Source: Octopus vulgaris (Eukaryota). Taken from it: a stretch of DNA of 64,000 nt. The DNA lies in assembly GCA_951406725.2 (NCBI GenBank), contig OX597824.1, forward strand, positions 35,278,001 through 35,342,000, given 5' to 3'. A program made the translations under genes and the position numbers. The notes below the pieces were generated by a model. The model was not told where the DNA came from. It did no database searches and saw only the letters and a list, made by a program, of their open reading frames with translations. Below, one piece after another: positions 52,801 to 64,000 of this stretch (position 1 is its first letter; every line of letters starts with the position of its first letter).

Positions 52801-53182
52801 TCTTAGTATTTGAACTGTTAGAGTTATTTTCGCAAATTATCCACTACAACCCTTAAGTAAATAGTATTTTCTTAAACAATAGAGCCACTTATTTCGGTTA
52901 GTGACTTATTCACGAATACACCAACACTAGCGCCGCTCTGGGAACGCACAAAAGCCCTTTTAAGAGTTATTTACTTTGAATTGTTATTATCTCATATCTG
53001 ATTAACCTGTTATTACGTACCATGCTTCACGGTTTTAGTATACATACCTTATTAGTATTTCTTCCCAAGTTCTACATACTCTTGGAACGCATTAAAGTCT
53101 TTTTCGGAGGTACTTTATTTGATTTCTTACTATTGGGTAACTGATTTCATGTTATTACATAACCGACTTCACAATTTGGGTA
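52801..53182 (+). repeat. Old dispersed repeat with diverged ~143-bp internal tandem units
   Basis: 52801-52858 matches 63941-64000; ctct.ggaacgca..aaag...tgttattac...cttcac occurs at 52936 and 53079. Confidence 0.6.
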
Positions 53183-53335
53183 TTCATAAATTATTGGGAA
53201 TTCCTAAAAACAAGATCTATGTAAGACAGTTCGGTATTCTCTGTAAATGTACAATGTGGTTTTAGAGTGAGATCTTGGCTGCTATTTTCAGCATGGCGTT
53301 ATCTCTTAGATACCCTAAATTATAATTTTAATATA

Positions 53336-53724
53336 TCTATCTATATATATAAAGCTGAAGTTGTCTGTGTATGGCAGGTTTGGTAGCCTTCAACTAACAC
53401 TATCTCCTCCGAGGCCCTGCGGCGCATGTTGACCAAAATTGAGAGTATGATAGAAGAAGGCTTGCTCTTCATTCCGTAGAAGATAAAATACAAATCGGAC
53501 CATGTTAAGACCAAAAATTATTTACATCAAAAAGGTGATTTTTTCTATGAAAATCCCTATTTTTTACGATTTTTTGACTACTGTGTCACCATTTATCGGT
53601 GTATTTCAACCAGAAAAATGTTCACTTAAAGAGAATAACAAGCTACATAATGCAAAATTTTTACTTTTCGAAAATTCCAATTCTAAAGGGTCGCAACAAA
53701 CCTGAGCAACGCCGGGCAATACTG

Positions 53725-53727
<3 letters not shown>
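53336..53727 (+). mobile_element. Non-autonomous Helitron
   Basis: 5' A|TCtatctatatatataaa; 3' ctgagcaacgccgggcaatactgcta running into (TA)n (terminal G of CTAG missing). Confidence 0.72.
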
Positions 53728-53762
<35 letters not shown>

Positions 53763-53765
<3 letters not shown>

Positions 53766-56059
53766 TTTAGTTTAGAGTACCATATATATATTTTTAGTTA
53801 TATGTGACCATATATATATTTTTAGTTATATAGTTTAGGCTTTAATTATAGTTGGTATTTAATTGGTATTTCTTTGTTTTGTATTTACTTAATATTTTAT
53901 TGAGTGTGGGAATGAATATTAGTGTATATATCGAGTTTGTACGTATGTATATGTATGTGTGAGTGTGTATATGGTTATGTTTGTGGGTGTGTGTATATAT
54001 GTGTGTGTATTTGTGTGTATTGTGTATGAAAGGGGTTTTATCTTTATCTTTATATTTGTATGTATGGACTTCATTATCATGATTAGTTTAATAAGTATTT
54101 TGTATGTAGGTATGGGTGTGAATGTATGTATGCGTGTGTACAAGTGTAAGTATAGATGCGGTAGTGTATGAGTGCTATGTAATTGAGTGTGATTAATTAT
54201 GCACTTGTATACATGCAAGTTTTGAATGTCTGTGTGATTGCACCCGTCTGCGTGTACACACTCATTTTTTTATATATATATTAATATCTATATGAGTTTT
54301 CGTTTTTTATGGTTTTTTTAAAGAATTTGTAGAAAGGTTTGTATATTCCATTCATAATTTTTTAATTTACGTTTGTTTACTACGCTCAAAGAATTTTATA
54401 TTCCATTCATAATTTTAATGACGCTGTTTTTACGTAGCGCAAATTATTTTTATATGTTCGGTTCCATGGTAACGTAATTTTTGTTTATTGTAATAACGGA
54501 TAGTGTTAAAATTCACTTCAAAATTTGATACTGATTAGAAGGTATGTCTATTTTTCTCCTTTTGTTAATCTTGTTACTTATGATAATCTGATTACTTATG
54601 GAGTATTTTATATATCGTATTATGTGTAGAAATGTTGTTTTTCTTTTGTATGTTTATGTATGTGTGAATGTGTGTGTGTGTGCGTATTTGCTTGTATCGA
54701 GTTTTGTACGTATGTATTTGTATGTGTGAGTGTGTATATGGTTATGTTTGTGGGTGTGTGTATTTGTGTGTATTGTGTAAGGGGTTGTATCTTTATATTT
54801 ATACATGTATGTATGGATTTTATTTATCATGATTATTTTAATGAGAATTTTTGTATGTAGGTATGGGTGTGTATGTATGTGTGCGAGTGTACAAGTGTAA
54901 GTGTAGATTTGGGAGTGTATGAGTGCTTTGTAATTGGGTGTGATTATTTATGCACTTGTATACATGTAAGTTTTGAATGTGCGTGTGATTGCACCCGTCT
55001 GCGTGTACACACTATTTTATATATATATTAATATATATATGAGTTTTCGTTTATCATGGTCGTTTTATTAAAGTTTGTTTCTATCGAGATTTGTACGTAT
55101 ATATATGTATGTGTGAGTGTGTATATGGTTATGTTTGTGGGTGTGTGTATATATGGGTGCGTATTTGTGTGTATTGTGTTAGGGGTTGTATAGTTATATT
55201 TATACTTGTATGTATGGATTTCATTTCCATTCATAATTTTTTAAAAAACGTTTGATATCCATGAGCAAAGAATTGTTCGGTTTTCTTTTGAGTGTTTATG
55301 TATGTGTGAATGTGTGTGTGTGTGTGTGCGATTGTTTGCGTAATTTATTTATCTGTATGGGTGTGGGTGTTTATATATTGGTATATATCGTGTTCTGTAT
55401 GTATGTGTATGTATATGTATGTGTGAGCGGGTATATGTATATTGTTTATGAATGAGTGTTGTATGTGTGTGTGAGGAAGTATGAATAAGTAATGTGTTGA
55501 GTGTATGAGCATGTGTGTGTATATATAGTTTATTTTTTGTTTTTTGTTTTTTGTTTTTTGGTTGTTTGTTTTTTGGTTTTTGTTTTTTGTTTTTTGCTTG
55601 TTGTTTTTTGGTTTTTGTACATTTTAAAATATGAGAACTTTTATAATAGGTTTTTATATTCAATTGTTTATAGGGTTTATTTTAGATTATTTTAGATTAT
55701 ATATTGATTATATATAGATTATATATAGATTATATATAGATTATATATAGATTATATATTTTTATTTTCATTGATAATTTTATTATTTTATTATTTTAAA
55801 TTATATTAAATTATATTTTAAAATATTGATATTTTTAGATCGAAAATCCACCTGAAGATTGTCGGTAGCAGACATGAAACAATTGTTGTGGCGGTTTATT
55901 TAATTTATATTAAAATTTTATGTATTGATTAAGTCTTTTCTTGTTTGGTTTTAAAATAGTGGTTTTGTCTCGAATTATATTATATAATATTTTACTATAA
56001 AATTGGATTTAACCCTAAATCTGATTTTTCCCTGTAAATTTGGATTCATTCCCTAATAT

Positions 56060-56060
<1 letters not shown>
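53763..56060 (+). mobile_element. 2.3-kb non-coding Penelope-like element with internal block repeats and a 3' hammerhead
   Basis: Strong T/G skew; block starting tatcgag.tttgtacgtat at ~53928, 54694 and 55082; TA-rich microsatellite both sides; 3' end homologous to 4231-4603. Confidence 0.62.
55848..55891 (+). ncRNA. Minimal type I hammerhead ribozyme; predicted cleavage after GUU (55887)
   Basis: ccac-CTGAAGA-t tgtc ggtagca gaca t-GAA-ACAATTGT-T-gtgg. Confidence 0.85.
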
Positions 56061-56124
<64 letters not shown>

Positions 56125-56223
56125 TATATACATCTTACTCTCTCAATATACCTGTATTTATATATATGTGTATGTATGAATGTGTCTATCTATCTATGCA
56201 TACATACATACATACATACATAC

Positions 56224-57380
56224 CAAATTTGCATACATGAGGCTGATAACATCATATGACTTGGAAGGCAGCTCCTTGAGCAACACTCTTTGTCTGATAA
56301 CTTAGAATACATGCCCAAAGAAGTTGCACGACTCTATCGCAACGTATCATCAGATGAAAGGATGAGCCTATATGAACAGAAGACTATGCATGGATATGTT
56401 AGTAGAAAGCTCCGTGATGATAGTAACATCGATCATCAAAGCAGTTTATCATGGACCAATAGCCGGATTACTACCTCCCACTTTGAAGGGTATGCGTTTG
56501 CAATCCAGGAACAGGAAATATCAACTAGGTACCTGATGCACAAAAGGGATAGAAATGCAGGGAAAGCAGTATAATGTGATAATCGATGCAGACTTTGTGA
56601 AGTTCCACGTCATAAGTTGTCCAAAAATGTCATCACGGTATTATCCACTGATGAGACATGATATTATAGCTAGGACACTCTATAATGAAATCCGTCGGAA
56701 GAATAATCCCGAAGATAAAAGAAATAAGAACCCACAATATGGTAGAAGCCATAGCCACTCATAATATAAAGGAATACTGGTGGACTGTCCCAGTGAAGAC
56801 CTCAATAAAATGTAAGCACAATAGACCTGATATAATGATTTGGGATAGAGTAGAGAAATTGCGAACAGTTGTGGAAATTAGCTGCCCTGCAGATGTTAAC
56901 ATAAAGCTGAAAATCAGTGAAAAAGAGAACACCTATGCTGAACTATTGAGAAATCTGCAGTTACTCTATCCAGATTGCAAGTTCAGGTTTATACCTGTAA
57001 TTATTGAGGCCCTGGGATATGTAACGCTCTTCTCAAAACCAGAAAGGAAAAAGCTAATTCGAAGACTACAGATCCAATCCATCCTTGGAATGTAAACATC
57101 TGTAAAACTTTCCAGAAGTTTATCATTTAAATATATATGAGCATGTCTAGATATGCAACTATATGCATGAGAATACATATATAAAACATACAAATCTGCC
57201 ATACATACATTCACATACATACACACACACACACATACAGACAGACAGACATACATACGTACATACATACAGACAAAAATACCCTGTTGTTGATGTTGAA
57301 ATTCCAATGAAGGAGCCTTGGATCTAGGTTAGAAACCGGTTCTTCCTCTAATGGCAAGAAATCTTGAAATAAACTGAATG
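56224..57380 (+). mobile_element. 5'-truncated R4/Dong-like non-LTR retrotransposon in (TACA)n
   Basis: Decayed C-terminal ORF plus ~250-bp 3' UTR; (TACA)n on both sides. Confidence 0.85.
56236..57130 (+). pseudogene. Disrupted C-terminus of LINE ORF: CCHC zinc knuckle and restriction-like endonuclease
   Basis: MHG...EGYAFAIQEQEISTR, CRLC..HVISCP, RHD, NRPDIMIWD, VVEISCP, EKENTY, IPVIIEALG motifs across stops and frameshifts. Confidence 0.88.
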
Positions 57381-57424
57381 CATACATAAATACATACATA
57401 CATACATACATACATACATACATT

Positions 57425-57770
57425 ATGGCTGCCCCCTCGTTATCGAGTATGGCCATTGCACGAAGCTTAACTGTTACTGGTGCTGTGATCGAATGTAACT
57501 TTTTAGCCCAGCTAAAGATCTACAATGTCTTGTACAAAATTGGCAACTAAAACCTTTACTGGTAATAGCCGGCTGTAGTTGTAACTGGGCTTCATGTACC
57601 TTTGCATGTCGTTTAAGTCCTCCTGCCGAATTACACTCTCTTCCACATGCCCGACAGATATGATTAGTATGGTGTGTTACACCACCACTAGTGGCCAGGT
57701 TGTCACTCATCTGTCTCGTTTTATGACTACGAAGATGACTCATGAGTCCAGCTTTACTGAGGCAGGGTCT
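57425..57770 (-). mobile_element. 3' end of an RTE-like LINE encoding tandem C2H2 zinc fingers
   Basis: CLSKAGLMSHLRSH / CRACGRECNSAGGLKRHAKVH / CQFCTRHCRSLAGLKSYIRSQH, stop, ~50-nt tail, then (TGTA)n; second copy of the tail at 438. Confidence 0.75.
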
Positions 57771-57818
57771 GCAGGGTCTTGCAGGGTCTTGCAAGGTCTT
57801 GTAAGGTCTTACAGGGTC

Positions 57819-57849
<31 letters not shown>

Positions 57850-58149
57850 CATACATACATACATACAAGTATTGGCTGTTGTTTGAGGAAATACAACCAC
57901 TGGAGTTTTATTTGTAAAATAATGAGATGAGGTTGTTAGTGTTGCTCAACGTCAAGGCAGCCCTAATCGAACAGAACTATGATCATAAGTGTTCCAGCTA
58001 TGACCATCCCGTTTTACTTCGTTTTCAGGCAATTCGCTCTTCTTCGTTTTGTAAGACAGTATGGTGGAGTTATGCATGTAGCAGTTTTTATTTTAACGAT
58101 GATTATAGAGACCCATATCGACAAATATGTAAATAGATGAATGAGTATT

Positions 58150-58158
58150 GTTGTTGTT

Positions 58159-58189
<31 letters not shown>

Positions 58190-58384
58190 ATGATGACGAT
58201 GACGATGATGATGATGATGATGATGGCGACGATGACGATGACGATGTCGATGACGATGACGATGATGATGATGACGATGATGATGATGAGGATGAGGATG
58301 GTGATGGTGATGGTGATGGTGATGATGACAATGACGATAACGATGACGATGATGACGATGATGATGATGATGATGATGATAATA

Positions 58385-58434
<50 letters not shown>

Positions 58435-58435
58435 A

Positions 58436-58499
<64 letters not shown>

Positions 58500-58522
58500 C
58501 GATGATGATAGTGGTGATGGTG
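58150..58522. repeat. (GAT)n/(GAC)n trinucleotide repeat
   Basis: Direct inspection. Confidence 0.95.
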
Positions 58523-59405
58523 TTGGCAATGACAGAACCACCAACTTTGACATTTTTTTTTTTTGTATTTGATTGAGATGAAGTCAGTGGTGCTACTTGC
58601 TGATAGTTCGGTTCTTTGAGGGTCTGGAGAATGTGCGCAATGATAACATTTGTGTTGTTATTCCTCTTCCAGCTTCTATTTAGAGGGTACGGCAATGGTG
58701 GTGGTGGTGGCGGCGGCGGCGGCGGTGATGGCGATGTCACTGTTATTGTTATTGTTGGTAGTAAAATTAGATGTAGCTCCCCTATGTCTGCTTTCGGACC
58801 CGAACTAAAATTGTTTAGTTAGTTTTTGGTAAATTGATAGGGCGAAATATGGAGTTGACCTAGTGGTCAGTGTTATCAACGAAAGATCAAACTGACAAGA
58901 TATGTCTCAGAAGCAGCGAGTGGCTGACTACAAGAACGGACGCCCACGGTGATATTAGAATCAGTATGTTAAAGGAGAAAAAAGAAAATAAATAATAAAT
59001 ACATAAGTAAATAAATAAATAAATAAATAGAAAACGACGGAATGCTTTTGTTGATTAAAGCAACAGATTACAGGATTATGGGGCAGAGGTGGGAGTTTAA
59101 GAATATTTGGGCCAGTACGGTCGGTGTGTATTAAGTTGCAAGTTCTTAACAGCAAAGAAGATGATCACTTTTGAAAAGATGACATGAAGGTAAGATATGC
59201 TGAAAAAAGACACGGGAAGGAAGAATAAGTTAAAGAAGAAAGTGGGTGGATGGGGGTAGAGAGTAATGAAAGTATGAGTGAGTCTCTGGACGGAGATGTG
59301 TGTGCGTGAGAGAGGAGAGGAGAAAGTGGAAGGATAAACAGATAAACAAGAAAAACAGAAAATTTAGAAAGATATGTTGTCTACGTATGGATGAGAGGAG
59401 AGAGA

Positions 59406-59453
<48 letters not shown>

Positions 59454-59571
59454 TATGTTAGATAGAGTGATTAATTAATGCAAAGAATGCGAATGTCACA
59501 TGCTGGAAAAAAAAAAAGAATTTTGAGAATAGAGGAGCGGGTACTCTGATTTACGGAATTCAATGAATATA

Positions 59572-59801
59572 TATTTCCTTATTGCCCACAAGGGGCTAAA
59601 CATAGAGAGGACGAACAAGGACGGACAAAGGGATTAAGTCGATTACATCGACCCCAGTGCGAAACTGGTACTTTTATTTATCGATCCCGAAAGGATGAAA
59701 GGCAAAGTCGACCTCGGTGGAATTTGAACTCAGAACGTAACGATAGACGAAATACCGCTAAGCATTCCGCCCGGTGTGCTAACGTGTCTGCCAGCTCGCC
59801 G
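59572..59801 (-). mobile_element. SINE family A (young) with 13-bp TSD
   Basis: ttcaatgaatata at 59559-59571 and 59802-59814. Confidence 0.95.
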
Positions 59802-60261
59802 TTCAATGAATATAAGAGAACAACTTAAGAAGAAAATAATTCTAATTTTTCAATGTGCTGTATTTATGCATAGGTGATATAAAACCAGTCTGATGACAAT
59901 GCTCACATTTACATTTTAATGACATGTAGGAGATAAAATTTACTGCTGCCACCGTCAAATTCACAAACAATTGTTTTCTGTAAAGGTTTAGTTCCAAGTT
60001 TTTCCGCTGTAAATGCTGAATGCGACACACCAGACTCACGTCGGGAATCAGAAATAACCGAGGTTCTAAGGAACTTAAAATTTAGAAAAGGATTCCTCGA
60101 TATTATTCTATAATTGACCCCACTGCTATATTTTCAAAAATGCGCACAACACATATAGCTATGCATTTCCAAAATAGCATGTAAAAAAAAAAAAGACAAC
60201 GAATTTAACTGACACCCCAATACGAGCAGACTACAGATCTAATCTAAAAACACAGAAATAT

Positions 60262-60472
60262 TCGTTTCAAATTTTAGCACAAGGCCAGCAATTTTGGGGG
60301 AGATGATAAGTCAGTAAAATTGACCTCGGTGCCCAGCTGGTACTCATTTTACTTAATTCAAAAGGATGAAAGGCGAAGTCAACCTCGGCGAAATCTGAAC
60401 TCAGAACGTAAAGATGGACGAAATGCCGCTAAGCATTTCCCCCAGTGTACTAACGATTCTGCCACCTCGCCA
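60262..60472 (-). mobile_element. SINE family A (old type)
   Basis: Consensus match. Confidence 0.85.
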
Positions 60473-60964
60473 CCAAATAAATACTGCAACGCATTTTGTC
60501 CCACTCTCTAACGATTCTACTAATTTATCACTCAGAAATATTGTTTACTAAATTTATCGCAAAATCGTAGAGGAAGGAAGAGTAATTCCCACGACGCTTT
60601 CGGAGACTTTCATACTAACTTGAATACTTCTAACACAGAATATTTTACAAAAGAGCACCAAGGGCCAAGTGTTGGTGTTTAAACGAAACAAGGAGTTAAA
60701 TATAACACCTCAAATCTGTGACCTGATGCCAAGTTTCTAAACTATGGAAGAACTGCGAAGTGTTAGAACCGATGAATTGCCGGGTTAAACACCAAGGAAT
60801 AATGAATTTTATCTTTTTACAGAGTTGTAATCTCTATCGGTATTGACCTTGTATCTCGTCCATGTGGGCCACGATGTAATATTTAATGAAAAGGAAAATA
60901 CGTAACGGTAATCTATATACTGGAACGATTCAACTGACTACACCTCAATCCAAGACAATTTGCA

Positions 60965-61219
60965 GTGTGATCACGTGACCAACCAGGCTATACATCGCTG
61001 GTCGCAATGCGCTTCGCATCGTTTTAGCCTTCGAATGACGCCAACCTGCCTGCTAGGCGAGCCGGCCAACATTTCTCCTTGATTGAAAAGTGGGGGTTGG
61101 AACAACATGAAATGAAATGTTTAGCTGAAGAACACCACTCGTCACCCGGTCTGGGAGTCGAACCCACGATTCTAACGAGCGTGAGTACAACACCCTAATC
61201 ACTAAATCACGTACCTTCG
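60965..61219 (-). mobile_element. Degenerate tRNA-derived SINE
   Basis: Minus strand tttagtgattagggtgttg...gggttcgactcccagaccggg head similar to the 1763 and 40865 heads. Confidence 0.75.
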
Positions 61220-61236
61220 TAATTTGCATTGTATCA

Positions 61237-61452
61237 AAGGCGGCGAGCTGGCAGAATCGTTAGCACGCCGGGCGAAATGCTTAGCGATATTTTGTCTGCC
61301 GTTACGTTCTGAGTTCAAATTCCGCCCAGGTCGACTTTGCCTTTCATCCTTTCGGGGTCGATAAATTAAATATCAGCTGTGTACTGAGGTCGATCTAATC
61401 GACTGGGCCCACCTTCCCAAAAATTTCGGGCCTTGTGCCTAGAGTAGAAAAG
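61237..61452 (+). mobile_element. SINE family A (third tail variant) with 15-bp TSD
   Basis: aatttgcattgtatc at 61221-61235 and 61453-61467. Confidence 0.93.
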
Positions 61453-61656
61453 AATTTGCATTGTATCTAACGCAAAAAGGAAAAAAAAAAAAACTTTTGT
61501 TTCGCAATATAACTGTCTACAACAATAGCAACAAGCAAAAGATATTACAGTCGTTGCAATGACGATAGATATAGAAAAGGCACAAACAACAAATAACAAA
61601 GATGATTATAATAACAACAACAATAATAATAATGACGAAGAAGAAGAGGAAGAAGA

Positions 61657-61692
<36 letters not shown>

Positions 61693-62225
61693 TAATTATG
61701 AGTGCGTAATCAGCGACACGGTCGAACTCCAGTGAAAGTTACCGCTAGTTTTATCAGCCATTTGACGTCAGAGTTAAAACGTCTGGGAACCTGATTAAAT
61801 ATTAATTCGACTCTTCGAAATTTCTAAATCTCTTCCATTCAAGTTATCTCTTCATTTATTTGTTCATCGGTTTCTTCAACTGCTTTTAACCTCACTAGTC
61901 TACCGGCCCGAACTTTGCTCCGTTTATCTCTAATTATTTCGTCTTCCGCTGCTATTTTTAGTTTAATCAGAAATGTAATATTATTCTAAGTCGTCAGCCT
62001 TCTTCTTCTTTGATATTACTGAAGAGTGAGATCAGATAAATACCAGGATGCAATTACGTTATCTCATTAATAAAAAAAAAGAAGATGCCTCGATACCTAA
62101 TACTTTTGGTTCGCAAGAAATAAGCTATATATTTACACACACGTAAATATACGTATGCGAAAGTCAAATGCAGTGTACATCTCGTTGGGAATCGAACCTG
62201 TCTTCATATGATCATACTAAATATC

Positions 62226-62427
62226 TATTTCTTTACTACCCACAAGGGGCTAAACACAGAGGAGACAAACAAGGACAGACACGGATTAAGTCGATTACAT
62301 CGACCCCAGTGCGTAACTGGTACTTACTTTATCGACCCCGAAAGGATTTGAACTCAGAACGTAACGGCAGAAAAATACAGCTACGCATTTCGCCCGGCGT
62401 GCTAACGTTTCTGCCAGTTCGCCGCCT
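62226..62427 (-). mobile_element. SINE family A (young, internal deletion) with 20-bp TSD
   Basis: ttcatRtgatcatactaaat at 62203-62222 and 62428-62447. Confidence 0.93.
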
Positions 62428-62623
62428 TTCATGTGATCATACTAAATGTCATACACGCTAACACAACTACTTTCATTTTCAAACTAATCTTGCAAATGAG
62501 GATCTGTTTAACATCTGATATTTTTCTTATTGTGAATACACTTTAAAATCATAAAGAATTTATGTGGAGAATTAGAACTAGCAGTACTATATATATGTTT
62601 CCGAACATCTAAGATTAAGATAT

Positions 62624-63115
<492 letters not shown>

Positions 63116-63134
63116 CCTATCACTTTATTTTTAT

Positions 63135-63702
63135 TTACTTATTTATTTTCGCTCTAAAAACGAGAAATTGTGCTGCAGTGAGAAAAGCTAACACCAATCT
63201 GAAAATAATAAGAATAAAACTTTCCCCTTGATCAACATCAACGTCTTCGAGCTCTCGCTTAAAGACAAGCTGGAATAACTTGTTAATTATTAAGTCGAAA
63301 ATACCCAATTCACTCAAGAAAACACGTGGAATAGCTTTCCATATATGTCCTGGAATAACACACCTTTTTCTAATGTTCAAAAATATTTAACAACCTAGAC
63401 GCAATAACTGACTGAAAGTAATCATCATAAAAATATCTAAAACACCCAGTATCATATAGGTTTAAATGATTTGTACTATTTTGTTTAGCGTATCATTTTT
63501 AGAAATATTTTTTCCATTGTCTGACGTGACCTGGCTTCCCAAAGTCATACAGGCTGCCATTAGGAGGGAGAGACACTCAAGATGATAATGGAGGGGATTA
63601 TTTACAATTTTTTTCCGTTTCATTTTAGTCATTAAAAGTGATAGCGATAATTGGTTTTTAGCGGGGTCAAAGAGGCTGGCTTCTATGGGATCGGACACCC
63701 TG
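63135..63702 (-). mobile_element. Possible highly decayed Tc1/mariner remnant
   Basis: TA|CAGGGTGTCC terminus on minus strand; translations NPLHY, IWKAIP and FKRELEDVDVDQGESF loosely resemble transposase C-terminal motifs; second TIR not found. Confidence 0.35.
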
Positions 63703-64000
63703 TATCGTGTGTTTTCAAAAACTGGGATAGATTCCAGGACAGCGAAGTAGAGAGAGAAGGATGGAGTGATAGAAGAGTTTAGGAGTGAAGGCGGTAGCTA
63801 TGTAGCACACTATTTGAGAGAACTGAAAGGTTCGCCTTATTGTGTTGGAATACTCGGAGGAATTTTTACCCTGGAGATCGTGAATATATAGTGATGAGAA
63901 TAGGGAGTGCGAAAAGAATGGACAGGAAGAACTTTTTTTTCTAGTATTTGAATTGTTAGAGTTGTCTTCACAATTTATCCACTACAACCCTTAAACAAGT

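Noticed and set aside
58014-58740. Poly-Asp/Ser/Ile/Met ORFs suggesting an acidic biomineral-type protein
   Set aside because: Open in several frames only because of the (GAT)n repeat; no signal peptide or convincing exon context

Overview
This is AT-rich eukaryotic intronic/intergenic DNA saturated with (TA)n, (CA)n, (TACA)n and trinucleotide microsatellites. The SINE families and repeat density point to an octopus genome; that is inferred from recalled repeat sequences, not from a search. No intact host protein-coding gene is recognisable, and almost all ORFs in the track are microsatellite artefacts. The window holds dozens of tRNA-derived SINE copies from at least four families, decayed R4/Dong-like and RTE-like LINE 3' ends, and a probable bipartite non-autonomous RTE derivative. 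It also has several MITEs/foldbacks (Tc2-like with TA TSD; a GGATC-ended family with 8-bp TSD) and Helitron ends. The most notable signal is a set of type I hammerhead ribozyme motifs with palindromic stem III, carried by non-coding Penelope-like fragments that sit in (TA)n tracts: five complete and two partial. Two of them have unusually long, structured stem II arms (86 and 59 nt). A second notable signal is one fixed tail-to-internal junction recurring in multimers of a single SINE family at separate loci.
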